A stretch of DNA of 64,000 nt from the human T2T-CHM13v2.0 reference genome, Homo sapiens, in NCBI RefSeq assembly GCF_009914755.1, contig NC_060933.1, one strand, 5' to 3'. Each line of letters begins with the position of its first letter. Position 1 is the stretch's first letter. Under the pieces are notes generated by a model. It ran no database searches, was not told where the DNA came from, and was given only the letters and a program-made list of their open reading frames with translations. Below are positions 27,850 through 42,429 of the stretch, piece after piece. The position numbers and the translations under genes are program-made.

Positions 27850-30800
27850 GAATCAACTCGATTGCAATTGAATGGAATGGAATGGAATTAACCCGAATAG
27901 AATGAAATGGAATGGAATGGAACGGAACGGAATGGAATGGAATGGAATGGAATGGAATGGAACGGAAAGGAAGGGAATGGAATGGAATAGAATGGAATGG
28001 AATGGAATCAACGCGAGTGCAGGGGAATGGAATGGAATGGAATGCAATGGAATGGAATCTTCCGGAATGGAATGGAATGGAATGGAATGGAATGGAATGG
28101 AATGGAATCAACCCGAGTGCAATGGAATGGAGTGGAATGGAATGGAATGGAATGGAACAACCCGAATGGAATGGAATGTAATGGAGAGTAAGGGAGTTGA
28201 ATAGAATCAATCCGAATGTAATGGAATGGAATGGAACGGAATGGAATTGAATGGAATGGAATGGAATGCAATGGAATGGAATCAACCCGAGTTCAATGGA
28301 ATGGAGAGGAATGGAATGGAATGGAATGGAAACTACCCAAATGGAATGGAATGTAATGGAGTGTAAGGGAATTGAATAGAATCAATCCGAATGTAATGGA
28401 ATGGAATGGAACGGAATGGAATGGAATGGAATGGAATGGAATGGAATGCAATGGAATGGAATCAACCCGAGTGCAATCGAATGGAATCGAATGGAATGGA
28501 ATGCAATGGAATGGATTCAACTTGAATGGAATGGAAAGAATGGAATCAACACGAGTGGAATGGCATGGATTGGAATGGAATGGAATGGAATCAACCCGAG
28601 TACAGGGGAATGGAATGGAATGGAATGCAATGGAATGGAATCATCCGTAATGGAATGGAAAGGAATGGAATGGAATGGAATGGAATGGAATGGAATGGAA
28701 TGGAATCAACTCGATTGCAATCGAATGGAATGGAATGGAATTAACCCGAATAGAATGGAATGGAATGGAATGGAACGGAACGGAATGGAATGGAATGGAA
28801 TGGAATGGAACGGAACGGAATGGAATGGAATGGAATGGAATGGAATGAAATGGAATCAATGCGAGTGCAGGGGAATGGAATGGAATGGAATGCAATGGAA
28901 TGAAATCTTCCGGAATGGAATGGAATGGAATGGAATGGAATGGAATGAAATGCAATGGATTCAACTCGATTGCAATGGAATGGAATAGAATGGAATGGAA
29001 TGGAATGGAATGGAATTAATCCGAATAGAATGGAATGGAATGGAATGGAACGGAATGGAACGGAATGGAATGGAATGCAATGGAATGGAATGGTATGGAA
29101 TGGAATGGAATGGTACGGAATAGAATGGAATGGAACGAATTGTAATGGAATGGAATGGAATGGAATGGAATGGAATGGAATGGAATCAACGCGAGTGCAG
29201 GGGAATGTAATGGAAAGGAATGCAATGGTATGGAATCATCCGGAATGGAATGGAATGGAATGGAATGGAATGGAATCAACCCGAGTGCAATGGAATGCAG
29301 TGGAATGCAATGGAATGGAATGGAACAACCCGAATGGAATGGAATGTAATGGAGAGTAAGGGAGTTGAATAGAATCAATCCGAATGTAATGGAATGGAAT
29401 GCAACGGAATGGAATGGAATGGAATGGCATGGAATGCAATGGAATTGAATCAACCCGAGTACCATGGAATGGAATGGAATGGAATGGAATGATACGGAAT
29501 AGAATGGAATGGAACGAAATGGAATGGAATGGAATGGAATGGAATGGAATGGAATCGTTCCGAGTGGAATAGGAGGGAATGTATTCGAGTGGAATGGAAA
29601 GGAATGGTATCAACCAGAGTGGAATGGAAGGGAATGGAATGGAATGGAAACTAATAGAATGGAATCAACCCGAGTGGAATGGAATCGAAAGGACTGGAAT
29701 GGAATGGAATGGAATGGAATCAACTCGATTGTAATGGAATGGAATGGAATGGAATGGAATGGAATGGAATGGAATGGAATTAACCCGAATACAATGGAAT
29801 GGAATGGAATGGAACGGAATGGAGTGGAATGGAATAGAATCAACCCGAGTGCAGGGGAATGGAATGGAATGGAATGCAATGGAATGGAATCATCCGGAAT
29901 GGAATGGAATGGAATGGAATGCAAAGCAATGGAATCAACTCGATTGCAATGGAATGGAATGGAATGGAAAGGAGTACATTGGAATCAAGCCGAGTGGAAT
30001 GGAATGGAAAGGACTGGAATGGAGTGGAATGGAATGGAATGGAATAGAATGGAATCAACTCGATTGGAATGGAATGGAATGGAATGGAATGGAATTAACC
30101 CGAATAGAATGGAATGGAATGGAATGGAACAGAACGGAACGGAATGGAATGGAATGGAATGGAATGGAATGGAATGGAATGGAATCAACCCGACTGCAGG
30201 GGAATGGAATGGAATGGAAGGCAATGGAATTGATTCAACTTGAATGGAAAGGAAAGAATGGAATCAACACGAGTGGAATGGCATGGATTGGAATGGAATG
30301 GAATGGAATCAACCCGAGTACAGGGGAATGGAATGGAATGGAATGCAGTGGAATGGAATCATCCGTAATGGAATGGAAAGGAATGGAATGGAATGGAATG
30401 GAATGGAATGGAATGGAATGGAATCAACTCGATTGCAATCGAATGGAATGTAATGGAATTAACCCGAATAGAATGGAATGGAATGGAATGGAACGGAACG
30501 GAACGGAACGGAACGGAACCGAGTGGAATGGAATGGAATGGAATTGTATGGAATGGAATGGCATGGTACGGAATAGAATGGAATGGAAAGAATTGGAATG
30601 GAATGGAATCGAATGGAATAGAGTGGAATGGAATGGAATCAACCCGAGTGCAGGGGAATGTAATGGAATGGAATGCAATGGAATGGAATCATCCGGAATG
30701 GAATGGAATGGAATGGAATGGAATGGAATGGAATCAACCCGAGTGCAATGGAATGGAGTGGAATGGAATGGAATGGAATGGAACAACCCGAATGGAATGG

Positions 30801-31700
30801 AATGTAATTGATAGTAAGGGAGTTGAATAGAATCAATCCGAATGTAATGGAATGGAACGGAATGGAATGGAATGGAATGGAATAGAATGGAATGGAATGG
30901 AATGCAATGGAATGGAATCAACCCGAGTACAATGGAACGGAATGGAATGGAATGGAATGTAATGGAATGGAATGGAATGGAATGGAATGGAATCAACCCG
31001 AGTGCAATGGAAACTACCCGAATGGAATGGAATGTAATGGAGTGTAAGGGAATTGAATATTATCAATCCGAATGGAATGGAATGGAATGGAACGGAATGT
31101 AATGGAATGGAATGGAATGGAATTAACCCGAGTGCAGGGGAATGGAATGGAATGGAATGCAATGGAATGGAATCATCCGGAATGGAATGGAATGGAATGC
31201 AATGGAATGGAATGGAATGGAATCAACCCGAGTGCAATGGAATGGAGTGAAATGGAATGGAATGGAATGGAAACAACCAGAATGGATTGGAATATAATGG
31301 AGTGTAAGGGAATTGAATAGAATAAATCTGAATGTAATGAAATGGAATGGAACGGAATGGAATGGAATGGAATGGAATGGAATGCAATGGAATGGAATCA
31401 ACCTGAGTGCAATCGAATGGAATCGAATAGAATGGAATGCAATGGAATGGATTCAACTTGAATGGAATGGAAAGAATGGAATCAACACGAGTGGAATGGC
31501 ATGGATTGGAATGGAATGGAATGGAATCAACCCGAGTACAGGGGAAAGGAATGGAATGGAATGCAATGGAATGGAATCATCCGTAATGGAATGGAAAGGA
31601 ATGGAATGGAATGGAATGGAATGGAATGGAATGGAATGGAATGGAATCAACTCGATTGCAATCGAAAGGAATGGAATGGAATTAACCGAATAGAATGGAA
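27850..31700 (+). repeat. Dispersed ~3.85-kb copy of ~18170-22030 (offset ~9.67 kb)
   Basis: Matching ORFs are 18331..18594 and 28008..28271, 20318..20557 and 29985..30224, 21391..21588 and 31053..31250. Shared rare markers are CAAGCCGAG, TTGAATATTATCAATCC, a 30-bp-deleted module B, and TAACCGAA. Confidence 0.9.
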
Positions 31701-31711
31701 TGGAAGGTAAT

Positions 31712-33190
31712 GCAGAGTAAGGGAGTTGAAAAGAATCAATCCGAATGTAATGGAATGGAATGGAACGGAATGGAATGGAATGGAATGGAATGGAATGGAA
31801 TGCAATGGAATGGAATCAACCCGAGTACAATGGAATGGAATGGAATGGAATGGAATTGAATGGAATGGAATGGAATGCAATGGAATGGAATCTTCTGGAA
31901 TGGAATGGAATGGAATGGAATGGAGTGGAATGCAATGGATTCAACTCGATTGCAATGGAATGGAATAGAATGGAATGGAATGGAATGGAATATAATGGAA
32001 TTAAACCGAATAGAATGGAATGGAATGGAATGGAACGGAACAGAACGGAACGGAACGGAACGGAGTGGAATGGAAGGGAATGGAATTGTATGGAATGGAA
32101 TGGAATGGTACGGAATAGAATGGAATGGAAAGAATTGGAATGGAATGGAATCGAATGCAATGGAATGGAATGGAATGGAATGGAATCAACCCGAGTGCAG
32201 GGGAATGTAATGGAACGGAATGCAATGGAATGGAATCATCCGGAATGGAATGGAATGGAATGGAATGGAATGGAATCAACCCGAGCGCAATGGAATGGAG
32301 TGGAATGGAATGGAATGGAATGGAACAACCCGAATGGAATGGAATGTAATGGAGAGTAAGGGAGTTGAATAGAATCAATCCGAATGTAATGGAAGGGAAC
32401 GGAATGGAATGGAATGGAATGGAATGGAATGGAATGGAATGGAATGGAATGCAATGGAATGGAATCAACCCGAGTACAATGGAACGGAATGGAATGGAAT
32501 GTAATGTAATGGAATGGAATGGAATGGAATGGAATGGAATCAACCCGAGTGCAATGGAATGGAGTGAAATGGAATGGAATGGAATGGAGACAACCAGAAT
32601 GGATTGGAATATAATGGAGTACAAGGGAATTGAATAGAATCAATCTGAATGTAATGAAATGGAATGTAACGGAATGGAATGGAATGGAATGGAATGGAAT
32701 GGAATGGAATGGAATGGAATGGAGACAACCCGACTGCAGGGGAATGGAATGGAATGGAATGCAATGGAATGGATTCAACTTGAATGGAATGGAAAGAATG
32801 GAATCAACACGAGTGGAATGGCATAGATTGGAATGGAATGGAATGGAATCAACCCGAGTACAGGGGAATGGAATGGAATGTAATGCAATGGAATGGAATC
32901 ATCCGTAATGGAATGGAATGGAATGGAATGGAATGGAATGGAATGGAATGGAATGGAATCAACTCGATTGCAATCGAATGGAATGGAATGGAACTAACCC
33001 GAATAGAATGGAATGGAATGGAATGGAACGGAACGGAACGGAACGGAACGGAATAGAATGGAATGGAACGGAAAGGAATGGAATGGAATGGAATGGAATG
33101 GAATGGAATGGAATGGAATGGAATGGAATCAACGCGAGTGCAGGGGAATGGAATGGAATGGAATGCAATGGAATGGAATCTTCCGGAATG
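31712..33190 (+). repeat. Dispersed ~1.45-kb copy of ~24735-26190 (offset ~6.98-7.0 kb)
   Basis: ORF 25786..26058 is identical to 32784..33056. Shared markers are GGAATATAATGGAATTAAACCG, GGAGTACAAGGG, GTAACGG, GGAGACAACCCGACT and GGCATAGATT. Confidence 0.9.
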
Positions 33191-33435
33191 GAACGGAATG
33201 GAATGGAATGGAATGGAATGGAATAAACCCGAGTGCAATGGAATGGAGTGGAATGGAATGGAATGGAATGGAACAACCCGAATGGAATGGAATGTAATGG
33301 AGAGTAAGGGAGTTGAATAGAATCAATCCGAATGTAATGGAATGGAATGGAACGGAATGGAATTGAATGGAATGGAATGGAATGCAATGGAATGGAATCA
33401 ACCCGAGTTCAATGGAATGGAGAGGAATGGAATGG

Positions 33436-33595
33436 AATGGAATGGAAACTACCCGAATGGAATGGAATGTAATGGAGTGTAAGGGAATTGAATAGAATAA
33501 ATCCGAATGTAATGGAATGGAAACTACCCGAATGCAATGGAATGTAATGGAGTGTAAGGGAATTGAATAGAATCAATCCGAATGTAATGGAATGG
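33436..33595 (+). repeat. 75-bp tandem duplication of the module B core
   Basis: GGAAACTACCCGAAT...GGAGTGTAAGGGAATTGAATAGAAT starts at 33444 and again at 33519, with two mismatches. Confidence 0.9.
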
Positions 33596-36239
33596 AATGG
33601 AACGGAATGGAATGGAATGGAATGGAACGGAATGGAATGGAATGGAATGGAATGGATTGGAATGGAATGGAATGCAATGGAATGGAATCAACCCGAGTGC
33701 AATCGAATGGAATCGAATGGAATGGAATGCAATGGAATGGATTCAACTTGAATGGAATGGAAAGAATGGAATCAACACGAGTGGAATGGCATGGACTGGA
33801 ATGGAATGGAATGGAATCAACCCGAGTACAGGGGAATGGAATGGAATGGAATGCAATGGAATGGAATCATCCGTAATGGAATGGAAAGGAATGGAATGGA
33901 ATGGAATGGAATGGAATGGAATGGAATCAACTCGATTGCAATCGAATGGAATGGAATGGAATTAACCCGAATAGAATGGAATGGAATGGAATGGAACGGA
34001 ACGGAATGGAATGGAATGGAATGGAATGGAATGGAACGGAAAGGAAGGGAATGGAATGGAATGGAATGGAATGGAATGGAATGGAATGGAATCAACGCGA
34101 GTGCAGGGGAATGGAATGGAATGGAATGCAATGGAATGGAATCTTCCGGAATGGAATGGAATGGAATGGAATGGAATCAACCCGAGTGCAATGGAATGGA
34201 GAGGAATGGAATGGAATGGAATGGAACAACCCGAATGGAATGGAATGTAATGGAGAGTAAGGGGGTTGAATAGAATCAATCCGAATGTAATGGAATGGAA
34301 TGGAACGGAATGGAATTGAATGGAATGGAATGGAATGCAATGGAATGGAATCAACCCGAGTGCAATGGAATGGAGAGGAATGGAATGGAATGGAATGGAA
34401 ACTACCCGAATGGAATGGAATGTAATGGAGTGTAAGGGAATTGAATAGAATCAATCCGAATGGAATGGAATGGAATGGAATGGAATGGAATGGAATGGAA
34501 TGGAATGGAATGCAATGGAATGGAATCAACCTGAGTGCAATCGAATGGAATCGAATGGAATGGAATGCAATGGAATGGATTCAACTTGAATGGAATGGAA
34601 AGAATGGAATCAACACGAGTGGAATGGAATGGATTGGAATGGAATGGAATGGAATCAACCCGAGTACAGGGGAATGGAATTGAATGGAATGCAATGGAAT
34701 GGAATCATCCGTAATGGAATGGAAAGGAATGGAATGGAATGGAATGGAATGGAATGGAATGGAATCAACTCGATTGCAATCGAATGGAATGGAATGGAAT
34801 TAACCCGAATAGAATGGAATGGAATGGAATGGAACGGAACGGAATGGAATGTAATGGAATGGAATGGAATGGAATCAACGCGAGTGCAGGGGAATGGAAT
34901 GGAATGGAATGCAATGGAATGGAAACTTCCGGAATGGAATGGAATGGAATGGAATTGAATGGAATGGAATGGAATCAACCCGAGTGCAATGGAATGGAGT
35001 GGAATGGAATGGAGTGGAATGGAACAACCCGAATGGAATGGAATGGAATGGAGAGTAAGGGAGTTGAATAGAATCAATCCGAATGTAATGGAATGGAATG
35101 GATCGGAATGGAATTGAATGGAATGTAATGGAATGCAATGGAATGGAATCAACCCGAGTGCAATGGAATGGAGAGGAATGGAATGGAATGGAATGGAAAC
35201 TACCCGAATGGAATGGAATGTAATGGAGTGTAAGGGAATTGAATAGAATCACTCCGAATGTAATGGAATGGAATGGAACGGAATGGAATGGAATGGAATG
35301 GAATGGAATCAACGCGAGTGCAGGGGAATGGAAAGGAATGGAATGCAATGGAATGGAATCTTCCGGAATGGAATGGAATGGAATGGAATGGAATGAAATG
35401 CAATGGATTCAACTCGATTGCAATGGAATAGAATAGAATGGAATGGAATGGAATGGAATGGAATTAATCCGAATAGAATGGAATGGAATGGAATGGAACG
35501 GAATGGAACGGAATGGAATGGAATGGAATGCAATGGAATGGTATGGAATGGAATGGAATGGTACGGAATAGAATGGAATGGAAAGAATTGTAATGGAATG
35601 GAATTGAATGGAATGGAATGGAATGGAATGGAATCAACGCGAGTGCAGGGGAATGTAATGGAACGGAATGCAATGGAATGGAATCATCCGGAATGGAATG
35701 GAATGGAATGCAATGGAATGGAATCAACCCGAGTGCAATGGAATGGAATGGAATGGAATGGAATGGAATGGAACAACCCGAATGGAATGGAATGTAATGG
35801 AGAGTAAGGGAGTTGAATAGAATCAATCCGAATGTAATGGAATGGAATGCAACGGAATGGAATGGAATGGAATGGAATGGAATGCAATGGAATGGAATCA
35901 ACCCGAGTACAATGGAATGGAATGGAATGGAATGGAATGGAATGGAATGGAATGCAATGGAATGGAATGGAATGGAATGATACGGAATAGAATGGAATGG
36001 AACGAAATGGAATGGAATGGAATGGAATGGAATGGAATGGAATGGAATGGAATGGAATCGTTCCGAGTGGATTAGGAGGGAATGTATTCGAGTGGAATGG
36101 AAAGGAATGGAATCAACCAGAGTGGAATGGAAGGGAATGGGATGGAATGGAAAATAATAGAATGGAATCAACCCGAGTGGAATGGAATGGAAAGGACTGT
36201 AATGCAATGGAATGGAATGGAATGGAATGCAATGGAATG

Positions 36240-38580
36240 GAATCAACGCGAGTGCAGGGGAATGGAATGGAATGGAATGCAATGGAATGGAATCTTCCGG
36301 AATGGAATGGAATGGGTTGGAATGAAATGCAATTGATTCAACTCGATTGCAATGGAATGGAATAGAATGGTATGGAATGGAATGGAATGGAATGGAATTA
36401 ACCCGAATAGAATGGAATGGAATGGAATGGAACGGAATGGAACGGAATGGAATGGAATGGAATGGAATGGAATGGTATGGAATGGAATGGAATGGAATGG
36501 AATGGAATTGAATGGAATCAACCCGAGTGTAATGGAATGGCGTGGAATGGAATGGAATGGAATGGAACAACCCGAATTGAATGGAATGTAATGGAGAGTA
36601 AGGGAGTTGAATAGAATCAATCCGAATGTAATGGAATGGAATGCAACGGAATGGAATGGAATGGAATGGAATGGAATGCAATGGAATGGAATCAACCCGA
36701 GTACAATGGAATGGAATGGAATGGAATGGAATGGAATGGAATGGAATGGAATGCCTTCAAACCAAATGGAATGGAAAGGAATGGAATCAACACGAGTGGA
36801 ATGGAATGGAATGGAATGGAATGGAATGGAATGGAATGGAATGCAATCGTTCCGAGTGGAATAGGAGGGAATGTATTCGAGTGGAATACAAAGGAATGGA
36901 ATCAACCAGAGTGGAATGGAAGGGAATGGAATGGAATGGAAACTAATAGAATGGAATCAACCCGAGTGGAATGGAATGGAAAAGACTGGAATGGAAAGGA
37001 ATGGAATGGAATGGAATGGAATCAACGCGAGTGCACGGGAATGGAATGGAATCGAATGGAATGGAATGGAATCAACCCGAGTGCAATCGAATGGAATCGA
37101 ATGGAATGGAATGCAATGGAATGGATTCAACTTGAATGGAAAGGAAAGAATGGAATCAACACGAGTGGAATGGCATGGATTGGAATGGAATGGAATGGAA
37201 TCAACCCGAGTACAGGGGAATGGAATGGAATGGAATGCAATGGAATGGAATCATCAGTAATGGAATGGAAAGGAATGGAAAGGACTGGAATGGAATGGAA
37301 TGGAATGGAATGGAATGCAATCAAATCGATTGCAATGGAATGGAATGGAATGGAATTAACCCGAATAGAATGGAATGGAATGGAATGGAACGGAACGGAA
37401 CGGAATGGAATGGAATGGAATGGAATGGAATGGAACGGAAAGGAATGGAATGGAATGGAATGGAACGGAATGGAAAGGAATCGAATCAACGCGAGTGCAG
37501 AGGAATGGAATGGAATCGAATGGAATGGAAAGGAATGGAATGGAATTAACCCTAGTGCAGGGGAAGGTAATGGAACCGAATGCAATGGAATGCAATCATC
37601 CGGAATGGAATGGAATGGAATGGAATGGAATCAACCCGAGTGCAATGGAATGGAGTTGAATGGAAAGGAATGGAATGGAACAACCCGAATGGAATGGAAT
37701 GTAATGGAGAGTAAGGGAGTTGAAAAGAATCAATCCGAATGTAATGGAATGGAATGGAACGGAATGGAATGGAATGGGATGGAATGGAATGGAATGCAAT
37801 GGAATGGAATCTACCTGAGTACAATGGAATGGAATGGAATGGAATGGAATGGAATGGAATGGAATGCAATGGAATGGAATGCAATGTAATGGAATCTTCC
37901 GGAATGGAATGGAATGGAATGGAATGGAATGCAATGGATTCAACTCGATTGCAATGGAATGGAATAGAATGGAATGGAGTGGAATGGAATGGAATGGAAT
38001 TAAACCGAATAGCATGGAATGGAATGGAATGGAACGGAACAGAACGGAACGGAACGGAACGGAGTGGAATGGAATGGAATGGAATTGTATGGAATGGAAT
38101 GGAATGGTACGGAATAGAATGGAATGGAAAGAATTGGAATGGAATGGAATCGAATGGAATCGAATGGAATGGAATGGAATCAACCCGAGTGCAGGGGAAT
38201 GTAATGGAACGGAATGCAATGGAATGGAATCATCCGGAATGGAATGGAATGGAACGGAATGGAATGGAATGGAATGGAATGGAATCAACCCGAGTGCAAT
38301 GGAATGGAGTGGAATGGAATGGAATGGAATGGAACAACCCGAATGGAATGGAATGTAATGGAGAGTAAGGGAGTTTGATAGAATCAATCCGAATGTAATG
38401 GAATGGAACGGAATGGAATGGAATGGAATGGAATGGAATGGAATGGAATGGAATGGAATGCAATGGAATGGAATCAAACAGAGTGCAATGGAATGGAGAG
38501 GAATGGAATGGAATGGAATGGAAACTACCCCAATGGAATGGAATGTAATGGAGTGTAAGGGAATTGAATAGAATCAATCC
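36240..38580 (+). repeat. Dispersed ~2.3-kb copy of ~1990-4215 (offset ~34.3 kb)
   Basis: Shared rare markers are GGGTTGGAATGAAATGCAATTGATT, TGCCTTCAAAC (2391 and 36752), CATCAGTAAT, CAAATCGATT and CTACCTGAGT. ORF 2510..2899 closely matches 36871..37260. Confidence 0.88.
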
Positions 38581-41500
38581 GAATGGAATGGAATGGAATG
38601 GAATGGAATGGAATCAACTCGATTGCAATCGAATGGAATGGAATGGAATTAACCCGAATAGAATGTAATGGAATGGAATGGAACGGAACGGAACGCAATG
38701 GAATGGAATGGAATGGAATGGAATGGAACGGAAAGGAAGGGAATGGCATGGAATAGAATGGAATGGAATGGAATCAACGCGAGTGCAGGGGAATGGAATG
38801 GAATGGAATGCAATGGAATGGAATCTTCCGGAATGGAATGGAATGGAATGGAATGGAATGGAATGGAATCAACCCGAGTGCTATGGAAAGGAGTGGAATG
38901 GAATGGCATGGAATGGAACAACCTGAATGGAATGGAATGTATTGGAGAGTAAGGGAGTTGAATAGAATCAATCCGAATGTAATGGAATGGAATGGAACGG
39001 AATGGAATTGAATGGAATGGAATGGAATGCAATGGAATGGAATCAACCCGAGTGCAATGGAATGGAGAGGAATGGAATGGAATGGAATGGAAACTACCCG
39101 AATGGAATGGAATGTAATGGAGTGTAAGGGAATTGAATAGAATCAATCCGAATGTAATGGAATGGAATGGAACGGAATGGAATGGAAAGGAATGGAATGG
39201 AATGGAATGGAATGGAATGGAATGCAATGGAATGGAATCAACCCGAGTGCAATCGAATGGAATCGAATGGAATGGAATGCAATGGAATGGATTAAACTTG
39301 AATGGAATGGAAAGAATGGAATCAACACGAGTGAAATGGCATGGCTTGGAATGGAATGGAATGGAATCAACCCGAGTACAGGGGAATGGATTGGAATGGA
39401 ATGTAATGGAATGGAATCATCCGTAATGGAATGGAAAGGAATGGAATGGAATGGAATGGAATGGAATGGAATGGAATGGAATCAACTCGATTGCAATCGA
39501 ATGGAATGGAATGGAATTAACCCGAATAGAATGGAATGGAATGGAATGGAACGGAACGGAAAGGAATGGAATGGAATGGAATGGAATGGAATGGAACGGA
39601 ACGGAACGGAACGGAATGGAATGGAATGGAATGGAATGGAATGGAATGCAATGGAATGGAATCTTCCGGAATGGAATGGAATGGAATGGAATGGAATGAA
39701 ATGCAATGGATTCAACTCGATTGCAATGGAATGGAATAGAATGGTATGGAATGGAATGGAATGGAATTAATTCGAACAGAATGGAATGGAATGGAATGGA
39801 ACGGAAAAGAACGGAATGGAATGGAATGGAATGGAATGGTATGGAATGGAATGGAATGGTACGGAATAGAATGGAATGGAACGAATTGTAATGGAATGGA
39901 ATTGAATGGAATGGAATGGAATCAACGCGAGTGCAGGGGAATGTAATGGAACGGAATGCAATGGAATGGAATCATCCGGAATGGAATGGAATGGAATGGA
40001 ATGGAATGGAATCAACCCGAGTGCAATGGAATGGAGTGGAATGGAATGGAATGGAATGGAACAACCTGAATGGAATGGAATGTAATGGAGAGTAAGGGAG
40101 TTGAATAGAATCAATCCGAATGTAAAGGAATGGAATGCAACGGAATGGAATGGAATGGAATGCAATGGAATGTAATGGAATTGAATCAACCCGAGTACAA
40201 TGGAATGGAATGGAATGGAATGGAATGGAATGATACGGAATAGAATGGAATGGAACGAAATGGAATGGAATGGAATGGAATGGAATGGAATGGAATGGAA
40301 TGAAATGAAATCGTTCCGAGTGGAATAGTAGGGAATGTATTCGAGTGGAATGGAAAGGAATGGAATCAACCAGAGTGGAATGGAAGTGAACGGAATGGAA
40401 TGGAAATTAATAGAATGGAATCAACCCGAGAGGAATGGAATGGAAAGGACTGGAATGGAATGGAATGGAATGGAATCAACTCGATTTTAATGGAATGGAA
40501 TGGAATGGAATGGAATGGAATGGAATTAACCCGAATACAATGCAATGGAATGGAATGGAACGGAATGGAGTGGAATGGAATGGAATCAACCCGAGTGCAT
40601 GGGAATGGAATGGAATGGAATGCAATGGAATGGAATCATCCGGAATGGAATGGAATGGAATGGAATGCAAAGCAATGGAATCAACTCGATTGCAATGGAA
40701 TGGAATGGAATGGAAAGGAATACATTGGAATCAACCCGAGTGGAATGGAATGGAAAGGACTGGAATGGAGTGGAATGGAATGGAATGGAATGGAATGGAA
40801 TCAACTCGATTGGAATGGAATGGAATGGAATGGAATGGAATGGAATTAACCCGAATAGAATGGAATGGAATGGAATGGAACGGAACGGAAAGGAATGGAA
40901 TGGAATGGAATGGAATGGAAACAACCCGACTGCAGGGGAATGGAATGGAATGGAATGCAATGGAATGGATTCAACTTGAATGGAATGGAAAGAATGGAAT
41001 CAACACGAGTGGAATGGCATGGATTGGAATGGAATGGAATGGAATCAACGCGAGTACAGGGGAATGGAATGGAATGGAATGCAATGTAATGGAATCATCC
41101 GTAATGGAATGGAAAGGAATGGAATGGAATGGAATGGAATGGAATCAACTCGATTGCAATCGAATGGAATGGAATGGAATTAACCCGAATAGAATGGAAT
41201 GGAATGGAATGGAACGGAACGGAATGTAATGGAATGGAAGGGAATGCAATGGAACGGAAAGGAAGGGAATGGAATGGAATAGAATGGAATGCAATGGAAT
41301 CAACGCGAGTGAAGGGGAATGGAATGGAATGGAATGCAATGGAATGGAATCTTCCGGAATGCAATGGAATGGAATAGAATGGAATGGAATCAACCCGAGT
41401 GCAATGGAATGGAGTGGAATGGAATGGAATGGAATGGAACAACCCGAATGGAATGGAATGTAATCGAGAGTAAGGGAGTTGAATAGAATCAATCCGAATG

Positions 41501-42429
41501 TAATGGAATGGAATGGAACGGAATGGAATTGAATGGAATGGAATGGAATGCAATGGAATGGAATCAACCCGAGTGCAATGGAATGGAGAGGAATGGAATG
41601 GAATGGAATGGAAACTACCCGAATGGAATGGAATGTAATGGAGTGTAAGGGAATTGAATAGAATAAATCCGAATGTAATGGAATGGAATGGAACGGAATG
41701 GAATGGAATGGAATGGAATGGCATGGAATGGAATGCAATGGAATGGAATCAACCCGAGTGCAATCGAATGGAATCGAATGGAAGGGAATGCAATGGAATG
41801 GATTCAACTTGAATGGAATGGAAAGAATGGAATCAACACGAGTGGAATGGCATGGATTGGAATGGAATGGAATGGAATCAACCCGAGTACAGGGGAATGG
41901 AATGGAATGGAATGCAATGGAATGGAATCATCCGTAATGGAATGGAAAGGAATGGAATGGAATGGAATGGAATGGAATGGAATCAACTCGATTGCAATCG
42001 AATGGAATGGAATGGAATTAACCCGAATAGAATGGAATGGAAAGGAATGGAACGGAACGGAACGGAATGGAATGGATTGGAATGGAATGGAATGGAATGG
42101 AATGGAACGGAAAGGAATGGAATGGAATGGAATGGAATGGAATGGAATGGAATGGAATGGAATCAACGCGAGTGCAGGGGAATGGAATGGAATGGAATGC
42201 AATGGAATGGAATCTTCCGGAATGGAATGGAATGGAATGGAATGGAATGGAATGGAATGGAATATACCCGAGTGCAATGGAATGGAGTGGAATGGAATGG
42301 AATGGAATGGAACAACCCGAATGGAATGGAATGTAATGGAGAGTAAGGGAGTTGAATAGAATCAATCCGAATGTAATGGAATGGAATGGAACGGAATGGA
42401 ATTGAATGGAATGGAATGGAATGCAATGG

